Origin: Lacrimispora sp.
Lineage (GTDB): Bacteria; Bacillota; Clostridia; Lachnospirales; Lachnospiraceae
Length of the DNA stretch: 64,000 nt
NCBI RefSeq assembly: GCF_047605665.1
Contig: NZ_JASGFH010000021.1
Span: forward strand, 14,790-78,789
Direction of reading: 5' to 3'
Shown here: positions 38,720 to 48,868 of the stretch, piece after piece
How positions within the stretch are numbered: position 1 is the first letter of the stretch
Layout of the letters: each line of letters starts with the position of its first letter
Position numbers and translations under genes: made by a program
Notes under the pieces: model-generated
What the model was told of the DNA's origin: nothing
Seen by the model: the letters and a program-made list of their open reading frames with translations, nothing else
The model's database searches: none

Positions 38720-39400
38720 CTAAGAAACATCAAGTCCCGCGTATTCTGTCTGCTCCGCCCGGACTTCCAAAAGCTCCCGGTAGGGAGAACCGAGCTTTTC
38801 CAGCTCCCGGCAGAGAAAACCTGCCATAAGGACCGCCCCCTCCGGTTTTAAATGAGTATCGTCCTTTGGCCACATGAAATATGCCTTGGAAGCCACATCT
38901 CCCAAAGCCTCCAGACAGCGTTCCGTCATGGAGGTTAAGTCGATCACCGGCACTCCTGCCGCTGCTCCCGTCTGCCTCATGGCTTCCGGATAAGCACCGT
39001 GGCTTCCCGGCAGAAACACACCGTTTTCATCAAAATGTCTTCTGGCAATAGGGGTGATGAGGACCGGCCAGGCCCCTTTTTCCCTTGCAACAGAGATAAA
39101 CTGCATCAGGTTTTCCCTGTAGGTGGTATTCGGGTCGGTATGCCTTTGGGGGTCCTCCTTTGCATCGTTGTGGCCGAACTGGATAAAGAGGAAATCCCCT
39201 TCTCCTATCTCCTTTTCTATGAGAGCCAGACGGCCTTCCTCCAGAAAAGATTTTGTGCTGCGCCCATTCCGGGCAAAGCTTTTCATTTCCACCGAATCCT
39301 CTAAATACAGAAGCATTGCCTGGGAAATCCCGGTCTGGGGATAGGTGGATATCTTATTGAACGTTACCGTGCTGTCTCCAGCGTAAAAGATTTTTGCCAT
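38720..39400 (-). CDS. SGNH/GDSL acetylesterase, rhamnogalacturonan acetylesterase (CE12)-like
   Basis: AGDSTV, ARNGRSTKSF, IQFGHND, DDTH catalytic DxxH. Confidence 0.85.
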   Translation of the reverse strand: MAKIFYAGDSTVTFNKISTYPQTGISQAMLLYLEDSVEMKSFARNGRSTKSFLEEGRLALIEKEIGEGDFLFIQFGHNDAKEDPQRHTDPNTTYRENLMQFISVAREKGAWPVLITPIARRHFDENGVFLPGSHGAYPEAMRQTGAAAGVPVIDLTSMTERCLEALGDVASKAYFMWPKDDTHLKPEGAVLMAGFLCRELEKLGSPYRELLEVRAEQTEYAGLDVS

Positions 39401-41135
39401 TTACATACACTCCATACATGGCTCCTGTAAAGCGCTTGCCCTTTGAAAGGCCTTCGGAACAGATAGAAGTCACATCCGTCCATTGCCACAGAAGCTTATT
39501 ATTGAAAAAGAAAGTTCTCACAAGCCCGTCCGTCTCCACCCGAAAGGTTACCGGTCCATGAAAGCGGAAGGGGCTTGTTTCTGTTCTCACATAGGTGTCG
39601 TCCACATATTCGGATACAAAGACAAAGGTCTCCGTCACTCCGAATTTTATGTAGGTGTTTTCATCGTAATAAAGGGTCACCCCTGCATCAGAGGTGAATT
39701 TCTCTTTTCCCTCATCAGGAAAACTCATTTCAAATTCCATAGAAAATTGGAAATCCGGCTGGCACTTCACCAAAAGGCTTCTGCATTCCCTCTGATTTAA
39801 GTCCTGGCCGTCTCCCTTGATCCACAAGGTCCCATCCCGGTCTTCCCCCACCAGCTCCGGGTCTTTTGTTCTCGGTGACAGCCAGGTTTCGGAATCCGGA
39901 ATTTCCCACTCTCTTCTCTCCATATCGGGAAAGGGCAAAGCTGCCATATAAGAGGGACCTTTTCCTTTGTTTATGACGGGCCAGCCGTCGGCTGTCCAGG
40001 TGACCTCATCAAGACAGGTCTCCCGGCCCAGCATCCCCCACTGGTGGTCAATGAAGCGGGAACACAAGTAGGCCATGAACCATCTTCCGTCCGGGGTCTG
40101 AACCGGCTTTCCGTGGCCGCAGCACTGGATGGCGCCCATCTCGTCTTTTTGATGCATAATGGGATTATAGGGACAGTTCTCGTAAGGCCCCAGCAGGTCT
40201 TTTGATCTGGCCACAGAAATCATGTGTCCCTTTCCCGTACCGCCCTCTGCCAGAAAACAGTAATACCAGCCATCCTTTTTTAAAATATGGGGGCCCTCCG
40301 GAGCGTGGCCGGAATGACCGTACCATATGAGAGAGGGCTTTGAAAGGATTTTCTTTCCGTCCTCCGATATCTCCATTATTCTGGCTCCCCGGTTTATGAG
40401 CATATACCGTTTTCCGTCGTCGTCCGTAAAGATGGAGGGGTCGATTCCCAGAACATTGTGGATGACAGGTGTATCGTAAGGGCCTTCCGGCCTCGATGCG
40501 CTGGTGACCATCTGAGTCTGGATGTAAGGTGCATCATCATTGTTCCTTAGGGTTGCACATATATAGAACCTTCCCTTATTATAGCTGATGTCCGGAGCCC
40601 AGAAGCCCCTTCCTCCCTCCAGCCCTCCTAAAAATTCCTCAGCCCATGTTCTGTCCGTCACCCCGTATCCGATGACTTTCCAGTGAACCAGGTCCTTAGA
40701 ATGGGATATGGGAATAGAAGGGAAATAGATAAAGCTGGAATTGACCATGTAGTAATCGTCTCCCACCCGCAGGATGCTGGGGTCGGGATGCATGCCCCGG
40801 CGCACCGGATTTCTGTAGCAATTTTCTCTGGAAAAGCCGCAGACCGACTGGAAATATTCCTCAAAAGGGGCATTTCCTTTTGCCAGGTCCCAAGGCGTCA
40901 CCATGGCCTGATTGGCCCATGCCGGATCCATACCGCACGTTTCCACCAGAAAGGCCGCAAGGTCTAAATTCTTTCCCTTTACCGCATAGTGAAGCAGGCT
41001 GTTTCCTTCCTGGTCACAGTCTTCAATGTTAAAGGAATGGTCAATCAGGCCAAGAACCGCCTTCTTATCCCCTCTTTGGGCCGCCTCAAAGGCCTTCTTC
41101 GCAGCCGCTTCTGTCTTCGATGTGTATAAATTCAT
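39354..41135 (-). CDS. ankyrin-repeat / GH43 glycoside hydrolase fusion with C-terminal beta-sandwich (start moved to MNLYTSK)
   Basis: GNSLLHYAVKGKNLDLAAFLVE ankyrin consensus then NPVRRGMHPDPS, FWAPDI, GIDPSIF, APEGPH; no signal peptide. Confidence 0.8.
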   Translation of the reverse strand: MNLYTSKTEAAAKKAFEAAQRGDKKAVLGLIDHSFNIEDCDQEGNSLLHYAVKGKNLDLAAFLVETCGMDPAWANQAMVTPWDLAKGNAPFEEYFQSVCGFSRENCYRNPVRRGMHPDPSILRVGDDYYMVNSSFIYFPSIPISHSKDLVHWKVIGYGVTDRTWAEEFLGGLEGGRGFWAPDISYNKGRFYICATLRNNDDAPYIQTQMVTSASRPEGPYDTPVIHNVLGIDPSIFTDDDGKRYMLINRGARIMEISEDGKKILSKPSLIWYGHSGHAPEGPHILKKDGWYYCFLAEGGTGKGHMISVARSKDLLGPYENCPYNPIMHQKDEMGAIQCCGHGKPVQTPDGRWFMAYLCSRFIDHQWGMLGRETCLDEVTWTADGWPVINKGKGPSYMAALPFPDMERREWEIPDSETWLSPRTKDPELVGEDRDGTLWIKGDGQDLNQRECRSLLVKCQPDFQFSMEFEMSFPDEGKEKFTSDAGVTLYYDENTYIKFGVTETFVFVSEYVDDTYVRTETSPFRFHGPVTFRVETDGLVRTFFFNNKLLWQWTDVTSICSEGLSKGKRFTGAMYGVYVNGKNLLRWRQHGNVQ

Positions 41136-42624
41136 ACTCTCCGTACCCTTCTGAAATAAAGTTCCTTTTATTGGCACTCCAGAGACAGAGCTTCGCCCCG
41201 GTCCAGGTAGCCCTGGCAAGGGGATTTGCCCCTCCTATGGAGGTGTATCGGATTCCGTCCGGGGACCAGGCGAACCGGTAGGTCTTGTTCTTAAAGAGTT
41301 CCAGCCTGAAATAAACCGTATCACCGTCATAGGGAACGGAAGCAAAAGGCTGTTCCTCTGCCTCTCCCTCAAATTCCTTTTCCGTCACGGTTCCTGAAAA
41401 CAGCACCAGCTCATTGCCGGCTTCTGCTTTCACAAGGCCTAAATAGGCGTAAAAATGGCCGATCATTCCGATAGCTGCCATATCCCCCGCCTTGTCTCCC
41501 TGAAGCCTCACCTTTGTCACAGCGGAAAGAGCCTGATGCTGGGGAATCTGAGTCATCGCGTTAGGCGCATACCATAAAAGATTCTCCCTGACAGGATTGG
41601 CAAGGCAGAAAAGACGGATTCCCGGATGGCCGCTTAAGGAAAAGAATGAGGCTCTGGGATTGGCCTGCCATTGCCACTGGAGCCCTAAAGAACTGCCGGA
41701 AAAGTCATCAGACTGGGCGATCCGGTATTGGGGCTGCCCTTCCACCGGAAGGCTCCACTCCTTTACCGGCTCTCCTATGCCGTCTCCATTTTGCTCGCTT
41801 CCGATAAAGGGCCAGCCCGCGTGAAAACACATGGGCTGTAAATGGACGATTCTTCCCAGCTCAATCACATCCTGGAAATGGATAAACCAGTGTCTGCCGT
41901 CAGGCCCCGTAACCCAGCCTCCCTGATGAGGCCCGTTAATATCCGTATTTCCCTGGTGCATGATAATTTTATATTCATAAGGTCCTGTTACAGACTCAGA
42001 CCGTAAAGCGGACTGCCAGCCGGGATACACTCCGCCGGAGGGCATAAGGATGTAATAAAAGCCCTGATGCTTGTAAAGCTTGGGCCCTTCTGTAGTCGGC
42101 CCCAGTTGTTCCCCGTCAAAGATGGTGACAGGCTCTCCCACAAGCTTCCTGCAGTCCGGATCAATCTCTACCAGGTCCAGCCTGTGCTTGATGCCGCTGC
42201 GGCTTCTGGCATAAGCGAATACCATATAGGCCTTCCCATCGTCATCCCAAAATGGGCAGGGGTCAATCCAACCCTTCGCTTCGTGAAGGCAATTTAAGGT
42301 GAACTCCCCATAAGGATCGGCGGACCGGGCCACAAAAATCCCTTCATCCGCAAGAGGCACGAAAACGTAGAACATCCCGTTGCGGTAGCGGATAGCCGGG
42401 GCCCAGGTTCCGGAGCCGTGAGAGGGATTGTTGTATTTCTCAAAGGGCAGAGAAGGGACGCAGTGATTGATGATCTCCCAGTGCACTAAGTCCCTGGAAT
42501 GGAGAAGGGGGATGCCGGGAAGATAGGCAAAGGAAGAGGACACCATATAATAGTCATCTCCCACCCGGATCACATCCGGGTCAGAATAATCCGCATACAG
42601 AATCGGATTTTGATACATAGTCAT
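41086..42624 (-). CDS. GH43 beta-xylosidase/alpha-arabinofuranosidase-like enzyme with C-terminal beta-sandwich
   Basis: NPILYADYSDPDV, WAPAI, WIDPCPF, TEGPKL, HQGG, WQWQ. Confidence 0.88.
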   Translation of the reverse strand: MTMYQNPILYADYSDPDVIRVGDDYYMVSSSFAYLPGIPLLHSRDLVHWEIINHCVPSLPFEKYNNPSHGSGTWAPAIRYRNGMFYVFVPLADEGIFVARSADPYGEFTLNCLHEAKGWIDPCPFWDDDGKAYMVFAYARSRSGIKHRLDLVEIDPDCRKLVGEPVTIFDGEQLGPTTEGPKLYKHQGFYYILMPSGGVYPGWQSALRSESVTGPYEYKIIMHQGNTDINGPHQGGWVTGPDGRHWFIHFQDVIELGRIVHLQPMCFHAGWPFIGSEQNGDGIGEPVKEWSLPVEGQPQYRIAQSDDFSGSSLGLQWQWQANPRASFFSLSGHPGIRLFCLANPVRENLLWYAPNAMTQIPQHQALSAVTKVRLQGDKAGDMAAIGMIGHFYAYLGLVKAEAGNELVLFSGTVTEKEFEGEAEEQPFASVPYDGDTVYFRLELFKNKTYRFAWSPDGIRYTSIGGANPLARATWTGAKLCLWSANKRNFISEGYGEYEFIHIEDRSGCEEGL

Positions 42625-42706
42625 GATCTCCTTAGTCGTTTTTTATCTGGATCATTATAAAAAGAAAAAGGAGCAGAAAACTGCTCCCTTTCCATGCCGA
42701 AAGCTA

Positions 42707-43543
42707 TTATTCCTTCACGGCTCCAATGTTTACGCCCTGAATAAAATATTTCTGGCAGAACGGATAAATGATCATAAAGGGAAGGATTGCAATAATAACC
42801 GATGCATTTTTCACCGTGTTCTCTGTTGCGCCTCCGATTGCGGTGGGCAGGTCGCTTCCCATGACAAGAGCTCTCAGCTTCATCTGGAAGTTATACAGAT
42901 TATCATTGGTGATGTAAAGCTTATAATTCGTATAATCGTTCCAGTAACCGACTGCGTACATCAGGCCGATGGCAGTAAGGGCTGCCTTGGAAAGGGGCAG
43001 AACGATCTGGAAGAAGATTCTCATGGGAGAACAGCCGTCAATCTCTGCGGATTCAAACAGGCTTGCCGGAATCCCCTCAAAGAAGTTTCTCATGAGTACC
43101 ATGTTGTAAACGTTAATGGCCGGAAGCAGAATCACCACCCAAAGAGTGTTGGTTAAGTGAAGGGACTTCATAACCAGATAAGTGGGGATCATACCGCCGT
43201 TAAAAATCATGGTGAGCAGCAAAAGCCCTGCAAACAGGTTTCTTCCCGGCATCTTCCACTGGATCAGCACATAGGCGCCCAAGGTGGAAATAGCAAGACC
43301 TGTAAACGTTCCTACCACAGTCGTAAGGCAGGATACCAGAAACGGTCTGTACAGCGTCGGATTTGTAAAAACGGAAATATATCCGGCCAGACCGAATTGT
43401 TCCGGAAACAGCTTCATACCGTAAGCTGTCTTCAAATCCAGAGAGTCAATAAGGACTTTGTAGATGGGGATTATCATAATAAGGCTTATGAGCACAAATA
43501 CAACCACCAGCACATAGTCAAATGCGGTTCTTTTCTTTGTCAT
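42707..43543 (-). CDS. carbohydrate ABC transporter permease (CUT1)
   Basis: FNGGMIPTYLV, IPASLFESAEIDG EAA loop, YWNDY. Confidence 0.9.
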   Translation of the reverse strand: MTKKRTAFDYVLVVVFVLISLIMIIPIYKVLIDSLDLKTAYGMKLFPEQFGLAGYISVFTNPTLYRPFLVSCLTTVVGTFTGLAISTLGAYVLIQWKMPGRNLFAGLLLLTMIFNGGMIPTYLVMKSLHLTNTLWVVILLPAINVYNMVLMRNFFEGIPASLFESAEIDGCSPMRIFFQIVLPLSKAALTAIGLMYAVGYWNDYTNYKLYITNDNLYNFQMKLRALVMGSDLPTAIGGATENTVKNASVIIAILPFMIIYPFCQKYFIQGVNIGAVKE

Positions 43544-43555
43544 GTTCTTTTCCCC

Positions 43556-44515
43556 CTATACAATTCCTTTTCCGCGAACCTTGAAGCTTGCCCTGTTGCA
43601 TACCAGCACAAGGAAGCACCCTACCAGCGAGGAAACAAGGCCTACTGCCGTGGTATAGCCGTAGTCGGGAAGGGCTCCGGAATTAAATGTCTGCGTGTAT
43701 ATGTAAGTCTGCAAAACATCTGCCTGCCGCACCACCGCATCATTTTGCAGTACAAATACGGATTCAAACAGATTCATAACCTTCGCCAGATTTAAAATCA
43801 GCACGGTAATGATCGTGTTGCTTAAAGAGGGCATGGTAATGTATCTAAGACAATTCCAGCGTCCGGCTCCATCCATGGAGGCCGCCTCATAAAGCTCTGG
43901 ATTGATGCCGGAAAGGGTTGCCATAAAGATGATGGTGCCCCACCCGGTATCCTTCCAGACGTTGATCACGTAATACATGGGCCGCCACCAGTTCTGGTTT
44001 CCCAGAAAATAAATTCCTTCCTTTGTAAATCCCAGATTAATCAGCACAGAGTTGACCAACCCCGCATTGGTGGGAGAAAGAATCAAGGTAAATACAGAAG
44101 CCGTAACCACCCATGACATAAAATGGGGAAGATATACGATGGTTTGGGAAACCTTTTTAAAGTTCACGGACCGCAGTTCATTAAGCATGAGGGAAAGAAC
44201 AACTGCCATAAAAGTATTCAGCAGAAGTTTGAACACGCTTAAGCTTATGGTATTGCCGAAAGCACTCCAGAAGCCAGGCATATTCATCAGCTTCCGGAAA
44301 TTGGCCAGACCTACGAACACCGGGTCCTTAATTCCCTTATAGGAAAAGAATGCATACCGGATTCCAATCATGGGCAGGTAATGGAATATTACCGCAAAAA
44401 TGATAACCGGAAGAAACATGAGATAAAATCCCCTGTAATAGTAAAGGGAAACCAGCAGAGGGCGCTTATTTTCGCCTGCAGCTTTTGCTGCAGGCGCTTT
44501 CTTTTTATTTATCAT
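43556..44515 (-). CDS. carbohydrate ABC transporter permease (LplB/YteP-like)
   Basis: YLPHFMSWV, WKDTGWGTII, LYEAASMDGA EAA loop. Confidence 0.9.
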   Translation of the reverse strand: MINKKKAPAAKAAGENKRPLLVSLYYYRGFYLMFLPVIIFAVIFHYLPMIGIRYAFFSYKGIKDPVFVGLANFRKLMNMPGFWSAFGNTISLSVFKLLLNTFMAVVLSLMLNELRSVNFKKVSQTIVYLPHFMSWVVTASVFTLILSPTNAGLVNSVLINLGFTKEGIYFLGNQNWWRPMYYVINVWKDTGWGTIIFMATLSGINPELYEAASMDGAGRWNCLRYITMPSLSNTIITVLILNLAKVMNLFESVFVLQNDAVVRQADVLQTYIYTQTFNSGALPDYGYTTAVGLVSSLVGCFLVLVCNRASFKVRGKGIV

Positions 44516-44544
44516 AGGCCAACCTTTCTAAAGCGATTCTGAAA

Positions 44545-46119
44545 CTATTTTGCTTCCTGTGCATTGAGGGAGTCAACGATCATCTGTGACCACTTTACAC
44601 CGCCGTCGCTTTCAAAGCGCTTGTAAGCTTCATCCACGGAAAGCCCCTGGACAACAACATCCGCAATGATAGAGTTTTTAAGGGTGGTGAGATCTCCGTT
44701 ATAGGTTGCCATCTCTTCTGTAGAAGGAACGACCTGAGCCTGACGGCAGTTCTCGTTAAACAATTCCTGAGCAGCCATGGCTTCCGGAGCAATCGTATCT
44801 TTTCCAGGGTTGTTATCCCAGCCGACTACAGCGAGCATGGAATCTAAGTGCTGCTTCGTATACTGTGTTCCCGGTCTCTCCAGACTTTCTTTTGTATGGA
44901 ACTGGCCTTCTGTGTAGTTCTTCTCCAGAATAGTTTCCGCTTTTGTTGACCAGTGCACGTCTTCTACGCCGTAGCTCCAGAGAGTCTGCATATCTCCGCC
45001 GTCTAACATGGACTCAATGAGATATTTATATACGCCCTCAGGATTTTCACAGGAGGCGGTAATAGCCCATACGGGAGGAGTTCTCTCCAGATATGTTCCA
45101 ACTTCTGCAATAGGCTTTAAAGCAATGAGCTCGCTGTCTCTTCCATTGGATTCCAGGTTGTTCTTTAAGTTGGAAGCCCAGGTTCCTGCCCAGTAGGTGA
45201 ATACGCCGAATTTGTCCTCATAGAACTTATTGCGGCAATCATTTGTTGTGTTTGTCAGAGTTTCCTTGTCAATATATCCTGCCGCATAAGCATCCTGCAG
45301 TCTCTTTAAGGCCTCTTTGAAGTTGTCCTTTGTAAATCCGTCGGACCATACGCCGTCGTCTCCCTTTATAAAGGAAGAATAGGAATCCTGATAAAATTCA
45401 GGCAGATAGTTTATAAAAGGAGATTCTTCTCCGATAATTCCGGCTGCAGAAACACCGTAGGTATCCCCGTTAACGCCGTTTCCATCCGGATCGCCCTCTT
45501 TAAATGCCTTCAGCATATTTAAATACTCATCGTAAGTTGCAGGAGCCTCTAAGCCTACGTTATCCAGCCATTTCTTCTTTACATAAGTAACGCAGCCGTT
45601 TCCTCTGGTAACAGGGAAACCATAGAGCTTTCCGTCAATCTTCATATTCTCTACCACATCTTCGCCGGTTACGCGTCCGGAAGCCTTTAACTCGGAATTA
45701 TTCCAAGCCTCGGTCATATCCCATAAAGCGCCTTCCCCTGCGTAGCCTGGATAATATGTAGAACCAAGGATAATGGCATCGGGCCAGTTTTCTGTGCCTG
45801 ATGCAAAGGTCTGACCAACCACATCGTAATATGCTTTGTGATCAGGCTGGATGATCTCCAGTTCAATTCCTGTAAGCTCTTCCCATTTCTTTTCAAACGC
45901 ATCTCTGTTGTTCTGCTGCGTTGTCACCGTTCCATCTACCATAATAGTGATTTTTTCCGGTTTTTTAATTTCCTCCGCTGCTGCTGTCGTCTCTCCTGCC
46001 TCCGTAGAAGCTGCGCCGCCGGAGGGCGCTTCTGTTTTCTTGGAGGAACACCCGCTTAACACTACAGACATTGCCATTGTGACAGCCATTCCTGATGCAA
46101 CCAATTTTTTGAGTTTCAT
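44545..46119 (-). CDS. oligosaccharide ABC transporter solute-binding lipoprotein
   Basis: VVLSGC lipobox, Ala/Thr/Glu linker, DGKLYGFP, KKWLDNVGLEAPATYDE, GDPDGNG. Confidence 0.88.
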   Translation of the reverse strand: MKLKKLVASGMAVTMAMSVVLSGCSSKKTEAPSGGAASTEAGETTAAAEEIKKPEKITIMVDGTVTTQQNNRDAFEKKWEELTGIELEIIQPDHKAYYDVVGQTFASGTENWPDAIILGSTYYPGYAGEGALWDMTEAWNNSELKASGRVTGEDVVENMKIDGKLYGFPVTRGNGCVTYVKKKWLDNVGLEAPATYDEYLNMLKAFKEGDPDGNGVNGDTYGVSAAGIIGEESPFINYLPEFYQDSYSSFIKGDDGVWSDGFTKDNFKEALKRLQDAYAAGYIDKETLTNTTNDCRNKFYEDKFGVFTYWAGTWASNLKNNLESNGRDSELIALKPIAEVGTYLERTPPVWAITASCENPEGVYKYLIESMLDGGDMQTLWSYGVEDVHWSTKAETILEKNYTEGQFHTKESLERPGTQYTKQHLDSMLAVVGWDNNPGKDTIAPEAMAAQELFNENCRQAQVVPSTEEMATYNGDLTTLKNSIIADVVVQGLSVDEAYKRFESDGGVKWSQMIVDSLNAQEAK

Positions 46120-46252
46120 TTTCTACCTCCCAATTATTTTTCAGTACGGTTTCGACCGCAGACTCATCATATCAGTGAAAACGCATAATTTCAACGCACG
46201 GTTTTATCTTTTGTTGTACACTTTTTTATATGAGCTGGTTTTCTCCATATCT

Positions 46253-46281
46253 ATTATGCAAATGTTCCTAGAACTTTGCAA
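46253..46281 (-). promoter_or_regulatory. putative sigma-A promoter of the carbohydrate operon
   Basis: TTGCAA-17 bp-CATAAT, ~130 nt before the SBP start. Confidence 0.5.
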
Positions 46282-46575
46282 CAAAAAAGGGCTTTTGATG
46301 AAATGTCCACAGGATAAATCCAAAGGCTCCACCGCACCCTTTTTACTGTTAGGGTACATAACTTCAGAATTGTTCTTATACTGCATTATTTATTATAAAA
46401 ACACGTCTTCAACCGCTTTTTCAATCCCGCCTCATTGAGGTTTTACAGTGATCGCGGTTCCCTCATTCCGAATATGGAACATCTGGCAAATGAAATAATT
46501 GCATAATAAAAGAGCATTTTTCAGCGCACATTTTTTATTATCATGGAGCATAATTTCCTCTCAGCCTTCCATTTC

Positions 46576-46604
46576 TTGATTTTAATAATAATTTATACTA
46601 TAAT
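46576..46604 (+). promoter_or_regulatory. putative sigma-A promoter of the AraC regulator
   Basis: TTGATT-17 bp-TATAAT. Confidence 0.65.
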
Positions 46605-46633
46605 TTTTACATATAGAAAAAGGAATGGTAAAT

Positions 46634-48868
46634 ATGAAAAAACAAAATAACGATATTTCGCTGAAACACCAGCTGATGCTGTCCTACATCATGATCCTGG
46701 CAATTATTCTTATCATTGGAGCTGCTCTCTATTACATCTCTTACCGCCAGGTAAAAAGCGGAATCAATCAGCAGAACCGCCTCGCCCTCTCTTCTTCGGT
46801 CACTCAACTGGATTCCACCATGAGACTGATGAATGCAGCAGCGGGACAGACATCTTCCAACATTGTATTTAATGATCTGACCCAGCTTACGGGAGAAGAA
46901 GGACCGGCCTTTTATTATCAGGCTTATAAGAGCCAGTTGAGCTTAAAGTCCATTCTGCCGGTTGAAGTGCTGCTTCCCATCATCAATTCCTTTGTTTATT
47001 TAAAAAAATCAGAACATGTAATTTCTTCCACACAGTTTTCGGATTACGGCTTTTATACAAGGCATAATTCCACTTATCAGATTAATCCGGAGCAGTTTAT
47101 GCAGGCCCTTCAAAACAGCGACTATTGGAACAAGTTCATTCCTTTTAGCCGGCGCGACAGACTCGTCAGGCGCTTTCTTTACGTACAGCCCCTCTCCGCC
47201 TCGGTTCTTAAAATGAACGCAGGTGCTGTTCTGGGCTACGAGTTCGACCACGATCTTTTGAGCAGATATTTTGCGGATATGAACCTGTATGGAGACGGAT
47301 ATCTGGTTGCCTACGACCAGAACGGCGCTCAGACGTTTTTTCTGTCCAATTCAGAAGAAGTCAACATCTTTCAGGGCTTCGATAAACTGGATTATAAAAA
47401 CCAGACCGCCAGCTTCATCTCTCCGGAAAACCATCAGGAAATGCTGGTGACCTCTCTTTCCTCAAGCTACAATAACTGGACATACTACCTGGTCCAGCCT
47501 GAGGATAAAGCCTACTATTCCATTGTTTCCTATCAGCGCTTTTTTACTGCGATCACCATTGCTGCCCTTCTCCTGGGCGGTAGTATTGCAGCCGCCTTTT
47601 CTGTGCGGGGAGGCCGCCGCCTGACTCAACTGTCAAATGAACTGATTGCAAAGGAATCCACTGCGACATATTTAAATCTCCTGGTGGAAAAACAAAAGCC
47701 CATGGTCATTGAATCCTATATGAGAAAGATCATGGAAGGGAGCAACACCACCAACGATGAGATAGAATACATCGTAAAAGAGCTTTCCCTGGACCGTTCG
47801 GATACAAAATACCATGTGCTTTACACGGAGGTGTCGCCTTCAGACGGTTCCGTCATAAGCCCCAAGGATCTGGAATTGTGCCTGCAAAACTATGACATGC
47901 TGGTGAGAGAAGCCCTGCGCCGCCATTTCCCTGACACCGGTTATATTTACAAGCCTTCCGACCAGGCATTTGCCATATTGATTGCCTCCGGAGAAGGAGT
48001 TTCCCATGAAGAAGTCACAAATCAGAGCCAGGAAACCTTTACAGCCCTTCACAACGAGCTTCTGGTGAAGTACGGAATCTGGATCAGGGGCGGCTTAGGC
48101 GGCAGAAACAAAGTCGTTTCCTACACCTGGAAATCGTATCAGCAGGCCAAGGAAGCTAAATCCGTCACCACTCTGGAAAATTATATTTTAAGCAGTGATT
48201 TCGCTTCTGCCAGCGATATCTACTATTATCCGGAAAGCCTCTCTGTCCAGCTCAGCGGCTTTATTTCCGTCGGGAACAAGGAACAGGTAAGCGAACTGTT
48301 CAAGCTCATTAAGAATGAAAACATGGGAAAGAGAAGCCTCTCCTATGCCCAGCGGCAATGGCTGGTCTCCGATGTACGGGCCACTGTTTTTAAGAAGAGG
48401 CACAGCATCAGCGCAGAAGGTCTGAATCCGGAAAAACGAAAGCTTCTGGATATCATCGACAAACAGTTTGAAGGGGAAATGAGCCTGGAGAGTTTGACGT
48501 CTATCTCTCTCCGCTTATGCGAGGTATGCGGCTCCGAAGGAAATGAACTGATTCTTAAAATCCAGGAGTATATAAACAGCAATTACAGTGACCCGGATTT
48601 GGGCCTGACAAAGATTTCGGATGAATTCGGAATTTCAGAGAACTATTTCAGCTATCTGTTCAAGAAAGAGATGACGGAAAACTTCTCCAATTATCTGGAA
48701 CGGCTGCGCATGGCAAAAGCCAGGGAACTGATCCGGGAATCCGACACAAGCCTGTCCGCCCTGTATCAATATGTGGGATATAACAACGCATCTTCTTTCC
48801 GGCGGGTATTTAAAAAGAATTTTGGCGTATCGCCAAAAGAAATGAGGGATAAGGTTAATGCAAAATAA
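46634..48868 (+). CDS. membrane-anchored AraC-family regulator (YesS/RhgR-like); alternative start 46625
   Basis: Two TM segments flanking a putative extracytoplasmic domain; C-terminal LTKISDEFGISENYFSYLFK...VGYNNASSFRRVFKKNFGVSP. Confidence 0.85.
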   Translation: MKKQNNDISLKHQLMLSYIMILAIILIIGAALYYISYRQVKSGINQQNRLALSSSVTQLDSTMRLMNAAAGQTSSNIVFNDLTQLTGEEGPAFYYQAYKSQLSLKSILPVEVLLPIINSFVYLKKSEHVISSTQFSDYGFYTRHNSTYQINPEQFMQALQNSDYWNKFIPFSRRDRLVRRFLYVQPLSASVLKMNAGAVLGYEFDHDLLSRYFADMNLYGDGYLVAYDQNGAQTFFLSNSEEVNIFQGFDKLDYKNQTASFISPENHQEMLVTSLSSSYNNWTYYLVQPEDKAYYSIVSYQRFFTAITIAALLLGGSIAAAFSVRGGRRLTQLSNELIAKESTATYLNLLVEKQKPMVIESYMRKIMEGSNTTNDEIEYIVKELSLDRSDTKYHVLYTEVSPSDGSVISPKDLELCLQNYDMLVREALRRHFPDTGYIYKPSDQAFAILIASGEGVSHEEVTNQSQETFTALHNELLVKYGIWIRGGLGGRNKVVSYTWKSYQQAKEAKSVTTLENYILSSDFASASDIYYYPESLSVQLSGFISVGNKEQVSELFKLIKNENMGKRSLSYAQRQWLVSDVRATVFKKRHSISAEGLNPEKRKLLDIIDKQFEGEMSLESLTSISLRLCEVCGSEGNELILKIQEYINSNYSDPDLGLTKISDEFGISENYFSYLFKKEMTENFSNYLERLRMAKARELIRESDTSLSALYQYVGYNNASSFRRVFKKNFGVSPKEMRDKVNAK

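Noticed and set aside
42623-43795. 177-aa and 212-aa plus-strand ORFs
   Set aside because: Antisense shadows of the ABC permeases.
46120-46620. Possible small ORFs or sRNA in the 500-bp intergenic region; cre-like TGAAAACGCAT at 46176-46186; TCCAC repeat with 22-bp spacing
   Set aside because: The ORFs lack an SD. Only half of a cre site matches and the repeat is too short to exceed chance. The region is adequately explained by two divergent promoters.
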